Shown here piece by piece: positions 11,232 to 23,371 of a DNA stretch of 34,361 bases. Every line of letters starts with the position of its first letter. Positions within the stretch are counted from its first letter, which is position 1. The notes under the pieces are model-generated. The model worked only from the letters and a program-made list of their open reading frames with translations. It did not search any database and was not told where the DNA came from. Source of the DNA: Reclinomonas americana ATCC 50394 (lineage: Eukaryota); NCBI GenBank assembly GCA_048213135.1, contig PS015204.1:1-34361 (forward strand), read 5' to 3'. The position numbers were made by a program, and so were the translations under genes.

Positions 11232-14200
11232 TCACTTTTTGCCCCTCGCTGACTCACGTGGTGCAGCGGCTATCGCGGCCGGCTTGCGCCGAGCGGCAAC
11301 AGCAGCACGTCGAGCACTGGAACGTGCACGGGCGTCCATCGTCGTATCCACAGGAACCTGGCCCCACGCACCACCGCCGGCATGCCACGCATACAGTTCG
11401 AATTCGTTGTCTTTGCGTGATTCCACCCATGTGCCGCCTTGCGGAGCTCTTGAATCGCCTTTCGGCGCCACCGCGCCGCAGCCTCTTCTACGTCAACGTC
11501 GTCGTCATCCTCCTCCTCCTCCTCCTCCACCTCATCCACATTCCTCGCTCCATTCTCCTCGTGATCTTCGCTCTCCTTCTCCTCTTCGTCCTCTGCGCAC
11601 GCAGCCACCTCGTCACCGCCGCAAGCAGAGGCTGTGAAGCTGTCACTCGCGCTCGACCGAGTCGCGAGTAGGTGGGTGAGCGAATGAGGAGCCGCCGCAC
11701 TTGCACTCGCCATTGATTCGTGGCTGTGGCGACTAGGACGTGGTTGCTGTCGCCGCGGTCGCAGACGAGCGAGGATCAACGCCTCATCACCAGCAATAGT
11801 TGAATTCCCGCAGTCGTCGTCGTCGGCGTCGGGATGCTCGACGCCCCACGGCAGTGGGCCCCAGTCTTTCACCAGTGCATCGAACTGAAAACGCCTACCA
11901 TCCAGTCGATTGTAGCGGTCGTGGAGGAAACAATTACCATCTTCTCCGGCCGCGGTGTAGCGGTGCTGTGCACACATTTCACGCGCACGAATGCAGTAAG
12001 CAAGCAGAATCACACATGTATACGGCGACAAGGGAATTACCTTGATGGCGAAGCACCGATTACTGCCATTGCGCTTGCCAGCCTCACGATGCACCGAACA
12101 TTCTCGACACATGTGCCAGAGCTGCGCAAAGCTGGACAGCACTTTCACGTCGTCGATGATCACAGCATTCGCCAGTCGGTACCTGTGTCGCACGCGCAGA
12201 AGTACGTGAGACGACATGCGAAACAATCATCCTCGGTGGCCTCGCACACACCTCTGTGGCGATGTCGGGGTGAGCCGAGGCGTTGTACAACGCAAAGCAC
12301 AGAGCCGCCGAAGTGGTATCCTGTCCGGCATCGACAGCAGCACGACGCACACAAAGCAGCGTGTCAGTGGATCAAAGCGCGCCTCGCCTGCTTCGTCGTA
12401 CACTGGAATGTACGGACGGTACGCCACCATGTACCGCTCGCGCTCGAGTGGCTCGGAGGCCCGCACGTGACGCCGTCGGCCAGTGTAAACCCCTCGATCC
12501 GGCAGTGCAACACCGGGAGACTCGCGAAGCCCACTGTCTCCTGCAGAGCTGACGGCGCGTCCTTGCGCAACAGGCCGACCGACGCACCAGCGTTGATAAG
12601 ACTGTGCTTGCCGAACTGGATGCGACTGAACCGGGCCATCTGCAGTTTGCTGTGAAAACATTACAACGTAAGCACATGGCGAGTCATCATGCACGACGAG
12701 CACAGCCACGCACCGGCCGTCACCAAAAAAGCATTTTCGGTCTGCCGCAACCGAAAACTTGATGTTCTCTTCTGGCACACCAGACGTTCTGCTCAGTTGC
12801 CGCAGTTGGTAGTCGGCCAGACGCAACACCTTGTTTCGGTTCTGCCACACAAACTTCGTCGTCGGCGGCGGTCAGCGTTGCGAATAACGGCATCGTGCAC
12901 TCGCGTCGTTTGAGCCAGCAGGCAAACGCTGGGTTGTGTCGGATAGCCGCAAATTGAGCCCCGACAGTCACGCCATCAACACAGACGCCTCGAGCAAACA
13001 AGTCCACAAGACCGCTCGTTACGCGGCGCTCCAGCACGGCAACATATTCGTTCTGGTGATTGCTCTGCTTCAAGTCGCGACGCTCCTCACTGCGCACACC
13101 GCCGACACGCTTGTTATTATGCGCACCGCAACAGCACAGCATCTAACGAGCCCCCATGCGCAACTGGTGTAGCTTCTCGCCAACTGCCTCGGACACGTAG
13201 CAGCACATGCCAGCCTGCTCCTCCTGCTGGAGAGAGTGAGCCAGTGCGTGGGTCTTGTAGGATTCGACGGATACACCATCGCCACACGCTCTGCGCATAC
13301 GTGGTCGTGCCGTGAGTGAGGAGCGTGATCACAATTGCGCGGCATTCGACGACTCAACTCACCACCAATGACGGCTCGCAGATACCAAATGGTTCGCGCG
13401 TACGCTGCATCGTCACTGCTATCCCGATGAGTGGCCATCGTGTGCGAATAGTAATCCGCCAGCGCCGGAAAGAGCAGCAAAGCTGGCTCATCCTCCATCA
13501 ACGTGAACAGCTCGGCCTCCGAATACGACGGACAGTACTTGACGAGCACCGCTGCGTGAAGCGACCATTCTCAGTGTGAGTGCTCACGCTCAACTCCGAA
13601 TGCATGCGTGTGTGTATGTGTGGCTTGCAGCTGGCTGGAAACAGCCTCACCTCGCAGTGCAAACATGATGACATGCGTTACGGCGATCCAGTCTCGTCCA
13701 AGGAAGGAACCACAGTTGTTGGCGAATGAGTAAATGACGCGAGCCAGTGTCGGATCGTCGCTAGACATGGCACTTATGAAATCGGCCAGGTCCGACATCA
13801 TCTGGCCGACGATGCTCTTCTCGTCGACGAGACGCAGAAAGTAGGTCTCGAGTGCGGCGCGGAAACGGACAGCAATGCCCTCAGCAACCATGTGAAGGTC
13901 GATGGGCAGCAAGATGTCTCGATGAACCTGCATGTGTCGGTTGTGAGTTTTTGAGGGCGAGGGAAGATCTCAAACACATACACAGGCACGCACGTTAAAG
14001 TCCGGCAAGTCGGTGACGAGTGCCGATGCAGGGTTCCTGTCACCTGCCACACCCAGTATAACCGACATCTTCCTCTTCGCAACCACTTCACGTGTGTGGT
14101 CTAGATTGCGCCAAACCACCTTCGGTCGCACACCGACAAATTGGTCGCGGACAACGACAGGGTGCGGCAGTCTGCGGGCAGTGCATAACATTCGATCCAG

Positions 14201-16309
14201 TCCTGCAGCCAGCATGCACCATTGTGCAAGTGAGGATTACGCAGCACAATGGGAGTGCTCCAATACACACACTCACCATGGCACCACCAGCAGTGTAGCT
14301 GGCGAATAACCGCAGCAGCCTCCTGCGCCTCAGGGCCGTCGGCTGAGTGGAACAGCAGGTCGGCTACCACCCACAACTTCCGGCCATTGATTTCCGCCAC
14401 AAAGCCATTTCGAAGCCGGTTCATCAAATTGGTGAGCTGTTTGTATGCTGACATGTTGCTCGTCTCTGCAAGACCATTCTCGAGCGTAAGCACCTCGAGC
14501 GTAAACACGGCGCATCACTGCCCGCGTATGCGCACCTGGTGGCGTGAGACCAACGCACGGGAAGTAGCGGGATTTTCCAGAGCGCAGCTCATCGGCCGGC
14601 CGATTGACAATCGCCAGGTGCAATGCACCTGTTGGTCGCTGCGCGCGTGTGCTCAGTGACTCTGCAGCAGCGTGACAACGAAAACAGTCAGTGCACGCAT
14701 GCTGCTGGCAACAAACAAGTCCACATCGCTCACCCATGAGATCATCATAGTCTGTCTTTACAAACAATACCACCACTTCGTCCGCGCCGGCCTCTGTTGC
14801 CCGGACCTCCATTGTGTTGTCATACTGCAACCAAGAGAATCACTCTCTCTTGGTCAAACAAACTGCGAAATAAGCAGCCGAGAACAACAGCAGCCTACCG
14901 TTAGCGCGACACCACTCTCAGTGCCGCGAATCTGATCGTCCGTGCATTGCACAAAGGCCATCTTGCCGCCGGCAACAACATTTGTCGGAATGACGCACAG
15001 CAATGGGACGCTGCGTGGACGATCGGCGGAAAGTATGTCCACTGGAAACTCGTCCGAGCACCGTCCCGGGATTGAGTGTGACTTCCACAACAGCCGTCGT
15101 TGACGGATGTCTCGGCCACACCAAGAGGCAAGCAAAGCGCTGAGCCACATCTGCTGCTGGTTCACCCCAAACACGGACAGTATTCTGCCGTGCAAAGCAA
15201 TGCTTGTCAGCGCTACTGCAGGAGACAACAATCAAACATGAATTGGCGCAACTGAGGGATACGGATGGCTGTCAAACAACCACAATTGCACCACGGTTCT
15301 GTTGACTCCGTTGGGCCCCACCTGCCACATGCGCAAGAGTACACGTTGGCAACGCGAGATGCATGCCAGCACAAACGACAGTGGATGATGATCAACAACT
15401 CAACGACATCCCACGAATTCAGCACCTTGGCAATCACGTCCGCGCCGTTAACAGCAGCGCACACAAAAGAGTTCTTCCAGAGAGCGACGCGCTTGCCGTT
15501 CCCGAGGGTCGCATACGTGACAAGAGCATGCAGCTCCTTCGTCTTCACTCGCGCCCCTGTCATGGGCCCGTGACGAATAACGCTGCCGGGTGTCTGCGGA
15601 GGTGCCGTCACGGGGAGCGGGCGACACACACACTGGCGCGCGTTGAAACACACAATACCTTGCCAGCAACATGCAAGTGACGAGGTGTGAGGCTATCCAG
15701 TGTACCAGGCAGTGCCAGCTGACGAGTAATGGCCTTCTCCAGCCGCATGTAGTGGCCTGGTTGCTCGTTGAAATGCTTGACGCTCTCCACATACTCCGAC
15801 GCCGCGAGCCCACAAATGTGCTCAACTTGCACCGCCAGTCGGATATCTTCGGGGTGGTGTCCTTGTTGAAGTTGGCTCGGGGATCCGTGAGAAGCGCATA
15901 AAGCAGCTCTTGTTGGCTGTGACTGAGTTTCACCAGCTCGATGAATTGCATGAGAAGGGCGCGTTCGAGTGATTTGGCAGGCGCGAACGGGTTGTCGGGC
16001 GGAATGAGTTTCTGTGCGCACAGGCATACTCGTGATCAGACAGACGCATCACCAGTAGAAACAGGATGACGCTCACATGCGCACGTACCATCTGCTTGGC
16101 AGTGAATTCCTCAATCATGTTTACAACGCGCTGATGCTCCTCGTCGGTGAACGCCTCCAGCTCGGCAGCAGCCCGCTTGAGGTCGCGCTGAAGCTCTCGC
16201 TCGCTCTCAGCAGCGGCGTACGCCTCATAATCATAGTTCTCGTCCTCGTCCTCGTCCGAGCTCGGCTCAGCCTCTTCCTCGACGCACACATAGTCTGCAT
16301 CACCCACAA
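11232..16309 (-). pseudogene. Degenerate spliced DDE transposase (CMC/Plavaka-like)
   Basis: Acidic N-terminus. Intron 16012-16088 leads into KLIPPDNPFAPAKSLERALLMQF. Then LFVKTDYDD (candidate first D), LFHSADGPEAQEAAAVIRQLHCWWC (second D plus CxxC), HRDILLPIDLHMVAEGIA (D..H motif), KQSNHQN, and a C-terminal LWHMCREC. Frameshifts are present, e.g. near 15808. Confidence 0.65.
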
Positions 16310-17249
16310 NNNNNNNNNNNNNNNNNNNNNNNNNNNNNNNNNNNNNNNNNNNNNNNNNNNNNNNNNNNNNNNNNNNNNNNNNNNNNNNNNNNNNNNNNNN
16401 NNNNNNNNNNNNNNNNNNNNNNNNNNNNNNNNNNNNNNNNNNNNNNNNNNNNNNNNNNNNNNNNNNNNNNNNNNNNNNNNNNNNNNNNNNNNNNNNNNNN
16501 NNNNNNNNNNNNNNNNNNNNNNNNNNNNNNNNNNNNNNNNNNNNNNNNNNNNNNNNNNNNNNNNNNNNNNNNNNNNNNNNNNNNNNNNNNNNNNNNNNNN
16601 NNNNNNNNNNNNNNNNNNNNNNNNNNNNNNNNNNNNNNNNNNNNNNNNNNNNNNNNNNNNNNNNNNNNNNNNNNNNNNNNNNNNNNNNNNNNNNNNNNNN
16701 NNNNNNNNNNNNNNNNNNNNNNNNNNNNNNNNNNNNNNNNNNNNNNNNNNNNNNNNNNNNNNNNNNNNNNNNNNNNNNNNNNNNNNNNNNNNNNNNNNNN
16801 NNNNNNNNNNNNNNNNNNNNNNNNNNNNNNNNNNNNNNNNNNNNNNNNNNNNNNNNNNNNNNNNNNNNNNNNNNNNNNNNNNNNNNNNNNNNNNNNNNNN
16901 NNNNNNNNNNNNNNNNNNNNNNNNNNNNNNNNNNNNNNNNNNNNNNNNNNNNNNNNNNNNNNNNNNNNNNNNNNNNNNNNNNNNNNNNNNNNNNNNNNNN
17001 NNNNNNNNNNNNNNNNNNNNNNNNNNNNNNNNNNNNNNNNNNNNNNNNNNNNNNNNNNNNNNNNNNNNNCGTCGAGACAGAAAAACCGTGAAGTCCCGCA
17101 GCGACGTCGGAAGGCGGGTTTGGCCGTGTACGTCGCACACGACCGCCAACTCCCCACCCGCACCACCACCTACCCCCATACCCACTTCACCACTTCACCG
17201 CACCCACCACAGGACCGCTGAATCTTCTCACACACATTCTTCTCACACA

Positions 17250-18123
17250 ATGGACGAGAAACGCGAATTCGCCGTGGGCGCCGCCGACAGCCTCCCTCAA
17301 GCCGGCGGCGACACCGACGGAGCTGCAAGCAGCAGTGCCGCACCAGCAATCACCCACGATCCAGAGCTCATCAAGCGACTAAAGGTCTCTCATTATGTGC
17401 GCACTCTCATAGTGTACTCGTTGATTGCTGCTCATATATCGCGTGCACAGCTGGAGGACGCCATCTCAATCAAGATATGGGGTCTGCTCGAGGACTACAG
17501 CGATGAGGGCCTTGATGAGCGACGCCGCAAGTACGCATTCTCTTTGCCTAGTGTCGCCCATGCAGTCGCGATCTCTAAAAAAAATTCGTGCGCGCGCGCA
17601 GATTCGCGCAGCTGGCCGTGCAGCAAGGCTTCCTGTGGCACGAGCAGCAGCACTCAACGTGCCTCGTGGCCAGTGGCTCGCGGCAGGCGTTGTACACGGG
17701 CGAGGACGATGAAACGATGGCGACAATTCTCCGAGTGTTGGAGGCTGGGGCGGAGCAGGCGCGTGCGGAGCTCGATGCGTACTTGGTGCAGACGGAGGCG
17801 ACGTTGGTGGTGCGCGAGGAGGCGATGTCGGGGGAGGCGGAGCGGGTGCTGCGGGCGAGCTTTGAGCAGCAGCCGGCCAAGGGCGCGAGTGGGCGGTGGG
17901 CGAGCTTGCCGCTGATGTTGCAGGGGAATACGGTGTGTGTGGAGTGTTACGCCTCTCTCTCTTTCCTCCCCTCTCCCTTGCTCTTACTTGGTTGTTCTCG
18001 CTGTTCTGTCATTTCGTTGCTCGTTCTCCCTTCTCTGCCCTTTTGTCGGCCACGTTTTTCTCGCGCTTGCTCTCCTCCTTGCNNNNNNNNNNNNNNNNNN
18101 NNGTTCGTCGTCTCGTCTCTCCT

Positions 18124-18173
<50 letters not shown>

Positions 18174-19518
18174 CCTCGTGTCCCCTTGCACTCCCGTCTT
18201 ACACTCTCCCGTGGCTCGAGCCGTTGCTCTTCCTCTGTTGCTCTCCTCCGTTGCTCTTCCCCCTTGTTCTCCGCCCTTGGTCCCTCCGCCCTTGCTATCC
18301 CCTCTTGTATCTCTCCTTGCGCGCGCTCTCTCTCTCTCGTTTGCCTTGCACTCCGCCCTTTTCAGTTGCTCTCCTCTGTTGCTCTTCCCCCTTGCTCTCC
18401 CCCTTGCTCTCCCCTTGCTCTTCCCCGTTGCTCTCCCTTGCAATTCCCCCTTCTCTCCGCCGTTGCTCGCTCCGTTGCTCTCCTCCGTTGCTCTCTCCTC
18501 CCTTCTCTCCTCCCTTCGCTCTCCCCCCTTGTACCCTCCTTGCGCGCTCTCTCTCGTTCCCCCTTGCTCTCCCCTCTTGCTTTCCCTTGCTCTTCCCCCT
18601 CTCTTCCCCTCTCTTCCCCCTTGCTCTCCACCGTTGCTCTCCCCCTTGCTCTCTCCCTCTCTTCCCCCTTCTCTTCCCCTTCCCTCCTCCCCCTTTGCCC
18701 TTCCCCCTTTGCTCTCCCTCCCTCACCCCCTTTTCCCTCCCTCCCTCGCCCCAGGACCCCCTCGCCGCCACATTCTTCCCCCACACCTCGGCTCTCATCG
18801 CCGAGGTGCATCGCGTGGCACACGCGCGTTTCGCCGACCGCGATCCGCCGATCAAGCTGCCGGTGTTTGGCGGCTTCCAGCTCATGTACGCGCCCACCCG
18901 CATCCGCCCCTACTGCAGCATCAGCAACGGTCTCGTTCGCTGCGTGGTCAATCTCTCCGACAACTCGGCCTTCCAGCACGTGGTCGCCGGCGTGCCGGTG
19001 ACGCGCATGCAACGCGGGCAGGCGTTTGCGTACGATCCCTCGTTTGAGACGTCGTTCGAGGTCAACGGGCCCACGTCGGCCACGTGCCGCATGGTGCTGA
19101 TGGTGGATGTGGCGGCGCCGTCGTTGAACGACGAGGACGCGTCGGTGCTGCTCGACCGCTACAAGTGGCTCGGCATGAGTTGCGTGGCCGCACCTATACA
19201 TTCTCTCCTCCTCCTCCTCCTCCCACTCACTTGTGACGGATAGGCACGCTGCTCGGCGCCACGGCTCCGTTCCTGCGACACCAGCGTCTGCGCGCTCTGG
19301 TGCGGCACCCCGACGATGCCAGTCAGGTGGTGCTGCGGCCGGAAAAGGACATTGCCGACGCCCTCGCCACGCACATGCCCGGCCTCCGCGGTTTCATTCC
19401 GCAAGGGCCCGATCAGCCGCCCGCCGTTGGCGCCACCTCGATTGAGATCAATGGGCAGTTGCTCATTTTGCGCGATGCCACTGGTGCGCCGATGGCCATG
19501 GCGCCGCTTCCGCAGTGA
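17250..19518 (+). CDS. Aspartyl/asparaginyl beta-hydroxylase (AspH/LpxO-type 2OG-oxygenase fold) family protein lacking the Fe-binding His residues
   Basis: Exons 17250-17384, 17451-17530, 17602-17932, 18755-19178 and 19244-19518 join in frame. Motifs: GRWASLPLMLQG, FPHTSALI, FQLMYAPTRIRPYCSISNGLVRCVVNL, GQAFAYDPSFET, RMVLMVDVAAPSL. Confidence 0.8.
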
Positions 19519-19855
19519 GACGTAAAGGGGAAGCGAGGTGTGAAGAAGGGGATGTTAGGGGAAGGGGGGAAAGAGGGGAAGGGAGGTGTGGGGGGAAGGG
19601 AGGTTGGAGGAGAAGGAGAGAGAGAGAGAGGGCGAAGAGAGGGAGGGAGGGAGGCGGGCGCGTTTAGAAGTAGGTGTGAGACATTGCAGAGTTGCTCTCG
19701 ATTGCCTCCCCTCCTGCTGTGGCAAGCAGCTTCGGGTTGTGGTGATTGGGTGGGAACTATTGGCCGTACACGCCAGGGTGAAGAGAGAGAGAGAGAGAGT
19801 GAGTGTGAGAGAGAGAACGAAGTCACATTATTTCCTGATTAAGTGTTCGAAGTAT

Positions 19856-20480
19856 CTCCGCTGACCAGAGAGAGAAAGAGAGATAGAAGTGTGGGATTTC
19901 CACGCTCTCGAACTCGAATTCTGATCCGGAGCTGCATCGCACTTGATAGCCTCCTGCTGCGGCAAGGGGTTTGAGCGGTGTGGTGGATGCAGCACGTGTT
20001 TCTTTCAAAGGCCTTCTGCAGTTGGTCGAAGAGAGAGAGAGAGAGAGAAACCAGATCATGTCCCGATATCATCTCGGCGCTTGCTTCGGCCGGAGAGTTG
20101 ATCGGTCCCACAGTGTGGCGCAGAAGTCCTTTCCAGATGGCTGCTGGCAACGACTGTCTCCACATGCTCCAAAGACAAGAGAGAGAGAAAGCGAGAGCCA
20201 GAGAGAAACGATGGTATCCGAATGTTAATCTCCGTCGACTTCTGCTGCTGCAGTGCGTTGACCGATTCTGTTGTGTGGAGAGGACGCTTTATCTAGAGGG
20301 CTGCTGGCAGCAGTTGACTACTCGCGCTCCGCTGACAAGAGAGAAAGACAAAGAAAAGACATCGATCATGTCCCGATATCGATTGCTTCTTGCTTCCTGC
20401 TTCCTGCTGCGCGTTGGTCGGTTCTGTTGCGTGCAGAGTACAGTACTACTAGAGGGCAGCTGACAGCAGTTGACCACGCG
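19856..20480. repeat. Diverged tandem array of ~155-bp units (about 4 copies)
   Basis: GATCATGTCCCGATATC at 20054 and 20364. GAGGGC(T/A)GCTG(G/A)CAGCAGTTGAC at 20296 and 20452. CTCCGCTGAC(C/A)AGAGAGA at 19856 and 20327. Confidence 0.8.
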
Positions 20481-20858
20481 ACGTCGCGCCCCGCCGACTG
20501 CAGAAGCGTTGCCGATCGCGACCGCTTGATTTCGATATCAGTTACCGCGTCCTGCGTTTTTCTCACGTCTCGATCGCATTCCGCTGGCTGCCTTGAAGTA
20601 GTGGACTTCCGAACGACGAGGCCTCCTGCTATGCCGCCTTCGCCATCACTTGAGGGAAAACGTCGCGCGTGTCTGTGTCCCGGAAAAAAGTTCTCGCGCT
20701 CGTGATCTAATCCGCATTTCGTCAACTCTTGCACTGCTGAGAGAACAGACAGGTACGCACACATACTCACACACAACAGCAAAACACACACTCACATTCG
20801 CCCTGCGCGTGTTCGCTTTTTCACAAAATTTCTGGACACACATATTGCCTTCTCAGAA

Positions 20859-21415
20859 ATGCGCGCGATCCTCTCACTGCTCCTTGCCACGGCCCTGCTC
20901 ATTGCGTGCTCCGGCCACGTGGCACACGCCGGCACGGTGGTTCCCCCGGAAATTTTGCTGCGCGAGGTGCAAGCCGCCACCATGGGAGTAACCCTTGAGG
21001 GGCAGTCGACGGAGGAGATGTTGAACATGGAGGCGGCAGTGGCGGTGGAGATGCTCTCGGCCCGGGCCATGCCGGAGATTGAGGATGGAGTGACGCCGGT
21101 GCGCTCGCGCGAGGCGGTGTTGTCCAAGGCGGCGCTGGGCGCGATGCAGAATTATGGGTGGTCGTATTATGGGCAGGTGGGTGGCATGGGGGTGAAGGAG
21201 GGGGAGAAGGTGGAGGGAAATATGAGTGATTTTGTGCATCTTTCTCCCTCTTCTCTTCCTTTGCCTTGTTCTCGTTCTTGTTCTTCAACTCCCTCCATTC
21301 TCTCTCTCCACCTCCTTCTGCTGTTTGGTTTTCTGCTTGTTCCCTCCATTCTGTTCTTGTTCTTATTCTCGTTCTCCTCGTTCTCGTCCTCGTTCTTGTT
21401 CATCTTGATCCGCTC

Positions 21416-21451
<36 letters not shown>

Positions 21452-23371
21452 CCTCTCTCTCGTCTCGAATCCTTCGTCTCTCTCTCTCTCTTTCTCTCTC
21501 TCTCTTTCTTTCTCTCTTTCTCTCTCTTGCTTTCTCTTGGGGTTTGCTCGTTCTTGTTCTTCTTTCTCCTCCTCCTTCTGTTTACTTTCCGTGGCAATCT
21601 TGTTCCTTCTCGTTCTCCTTGTCATTCTCCTTGTTCATTTGTGCCGCCCTCTTTCTCCCCCCTCATTCTCACTTTCTTGCGTTGTCCGTCTTCTCCTCCT
21701 CTTCCTCCGTCTCCGCCTCTCCCTGTCGTTCTCCTCCTCCTTCTGCCGTTTGGTTTTCTGCTTGTTCTCTCCATCCCGTTCTTGTTCTTGTTCTCGTTTT
21801 CCTCGTTCTCATTCTCCTTCTTGGTCATCTTGTTCCGCTCTCTCTCCTTGCGTTTTTGCTTGTTCTTCATCGCGTTCTTGTTTTTGTTCTCGTTCTCCTT
21901 CATGTCATTCTCCGTGTTCATGGTTTTCTCTCTCCCCTCCCTTGCGTTGTTCTTCTTCTCCTCCTCTTCCTCCATCTCCTCCCTCTCCCTGTCCGTCTCC
22001 TCCTCCTTCTGCCGTTTGGTGCTCTTCCTTCTGGTGACTATTGTGGCTGACTTTGCGTCATTGTTCCGTCTTGCAGTGCGATCCTCGCTGGGCCGAGCAC
22101 CAGCTCGGTTTGTGCACGTGCGCTTGTCTGCGTGTGATTTCTCTGCTAACCTTCTCCATCAAGGAACGTGCAACCTCACCATCTGCCAGGCCGGCTGTGC
22201 CATGAGGTTTGCGCGCCGTGTTATCGTGTCTCTCGCCACATGCGCTCATGGTGCTGTTTCTCTGCCATGACCAGCTCGACTGCCATGATGGTGCGTGGGT
22301 CTTGTAGTTTTGATGTCGCACGTACACACGCGGCGTAACTTTGGCTTCTCGTGACATCCTTGCTCTCTCTCTCTCTCCCTCTCTCCTTCTCTTCCCTCTC
22401 TTCCTCCCTCCCTCTCTTCCTTCTCCCTCTCTTCCCTCTTTTCCCTTTCTCTCTTCCTTATCTTCCTCTCTTCTCTCTCTGTCCTCCCTCTCTCTTTCCC
22501 TCTCTTCCCTCTCTCCCTGCCATGGCCACTCACCCACCCTTCTCTGACCACGCTCAGCTGAACACCAAGGGCGTGAACGTCAACCCCGACTCGCTCAACA
22601 GCTGGCTGAAGTCCAACGGCGGGTGCGTTTTTGGCACTCCTGGCTGTGAGAGAATCCTCTCCTTTCTTCCTCAACCAACTCTCGCGTCGCTCTGTGTACA
22701 GCTACGCTGACGGCTGCGACATTTACTGGTGAGAGATCGTCTCTATTTGCCTATCATTGCTGTCTCAGAGTTGTCTCACTGGCATTTTTTCGTTACAGGG
22801 GCAAGGTCTCCCCTCCTCACGCCTCACTTCCAGTCGGTGTTGTCGATGCTCACTGTGTGCTTGCGTGACAGGTCGACGCCTTTGGCAAGACTTCGTTCCA
22901 GGGCATTGAGAAGGCCGCATTCGAGGAGATTTGGTGCGTGTCCTGCTCTTCTGTGCTCTCGCCTGCCTGTCCCTGACTCACTTGCCGCTCTGATCAGCAA
23001 TGGCGTCAGCAATGGCCACGGCGTTGCGTTCGATTACCGCTGCCCCTCTCATTCGTTTAATCTAGAACAACTCACACCGCACGTTTGTTTCCGAGCAGAT
23101 CATCCTGAACGTGCGCGGCGGTTCGTTATCCTGGTCGCCAAATCGCCTGCGTCATGTCACACTCATTCTCTGTGTGCAGGAAGCCACTGGGTGCTCGCCA
23201 CCGGCTGCAGCAATGGCGCCATCGATGTGCACGGTTGCGTGACTGTGGCTTCTCTGATGCACTGTGAAAATGCGCACTCATGCATGCTTGATGCACCACC
23301 ACGCAGACCCGTACTTCAACGTCAGCTCATACACGATTGGCGAGGTCGTGCAGGAGGCTGTCTACCACTAA
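20859..23371 (+). CDS. Secreted C39-like (papain-fold) cysteine peptidase, paralog A, 12 exons
   Basis: Exons 20859-21176, 22077-22107, 22164-22206, 22275-22290, 22558-22622, 22702-22728, 22799-22805, 22872-22933, 22998-23022, 23099-23120, 23180-23233 and 23307-23371 join in frame. The product has a signal peptide, YYGQCDPRW, TICQAGCAMSSTAM (Cys), NPDSLNSWLKSNGGY, GSHWVL (His) and VHDP (Asp). Confidence 0.9.

Larger units (their letters stand above)
9353..16309 (-). mobile_element. Large intron-containing DNA transposon (CMC/EnSpm-Plavaka-like); termini hidden in the flanking gaps
   Basis: Contig almost free of microsatellites, bounded by gaps on both sides, carrying transposase-like exons and a second ORF on the same strand. 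Confidence 0.6.

Noticed and set aside
8786-17090. CACGG at 8786 and CCGTG at 17086-17090 as possible transposon termini
   Set aside because: The inverted match does not extend inward beyond 5 bp, and the flanks (AATT versus AAGT) are not an exact TSD. It cannot be supported until the gaps are filled.
19173-19178. GC donor at 19173 in the AspH-like gene
   Set aside because: An in-frame GT donor (GTTGCG) 6 nt downstream matches the recurrent donor class and explains the junction.
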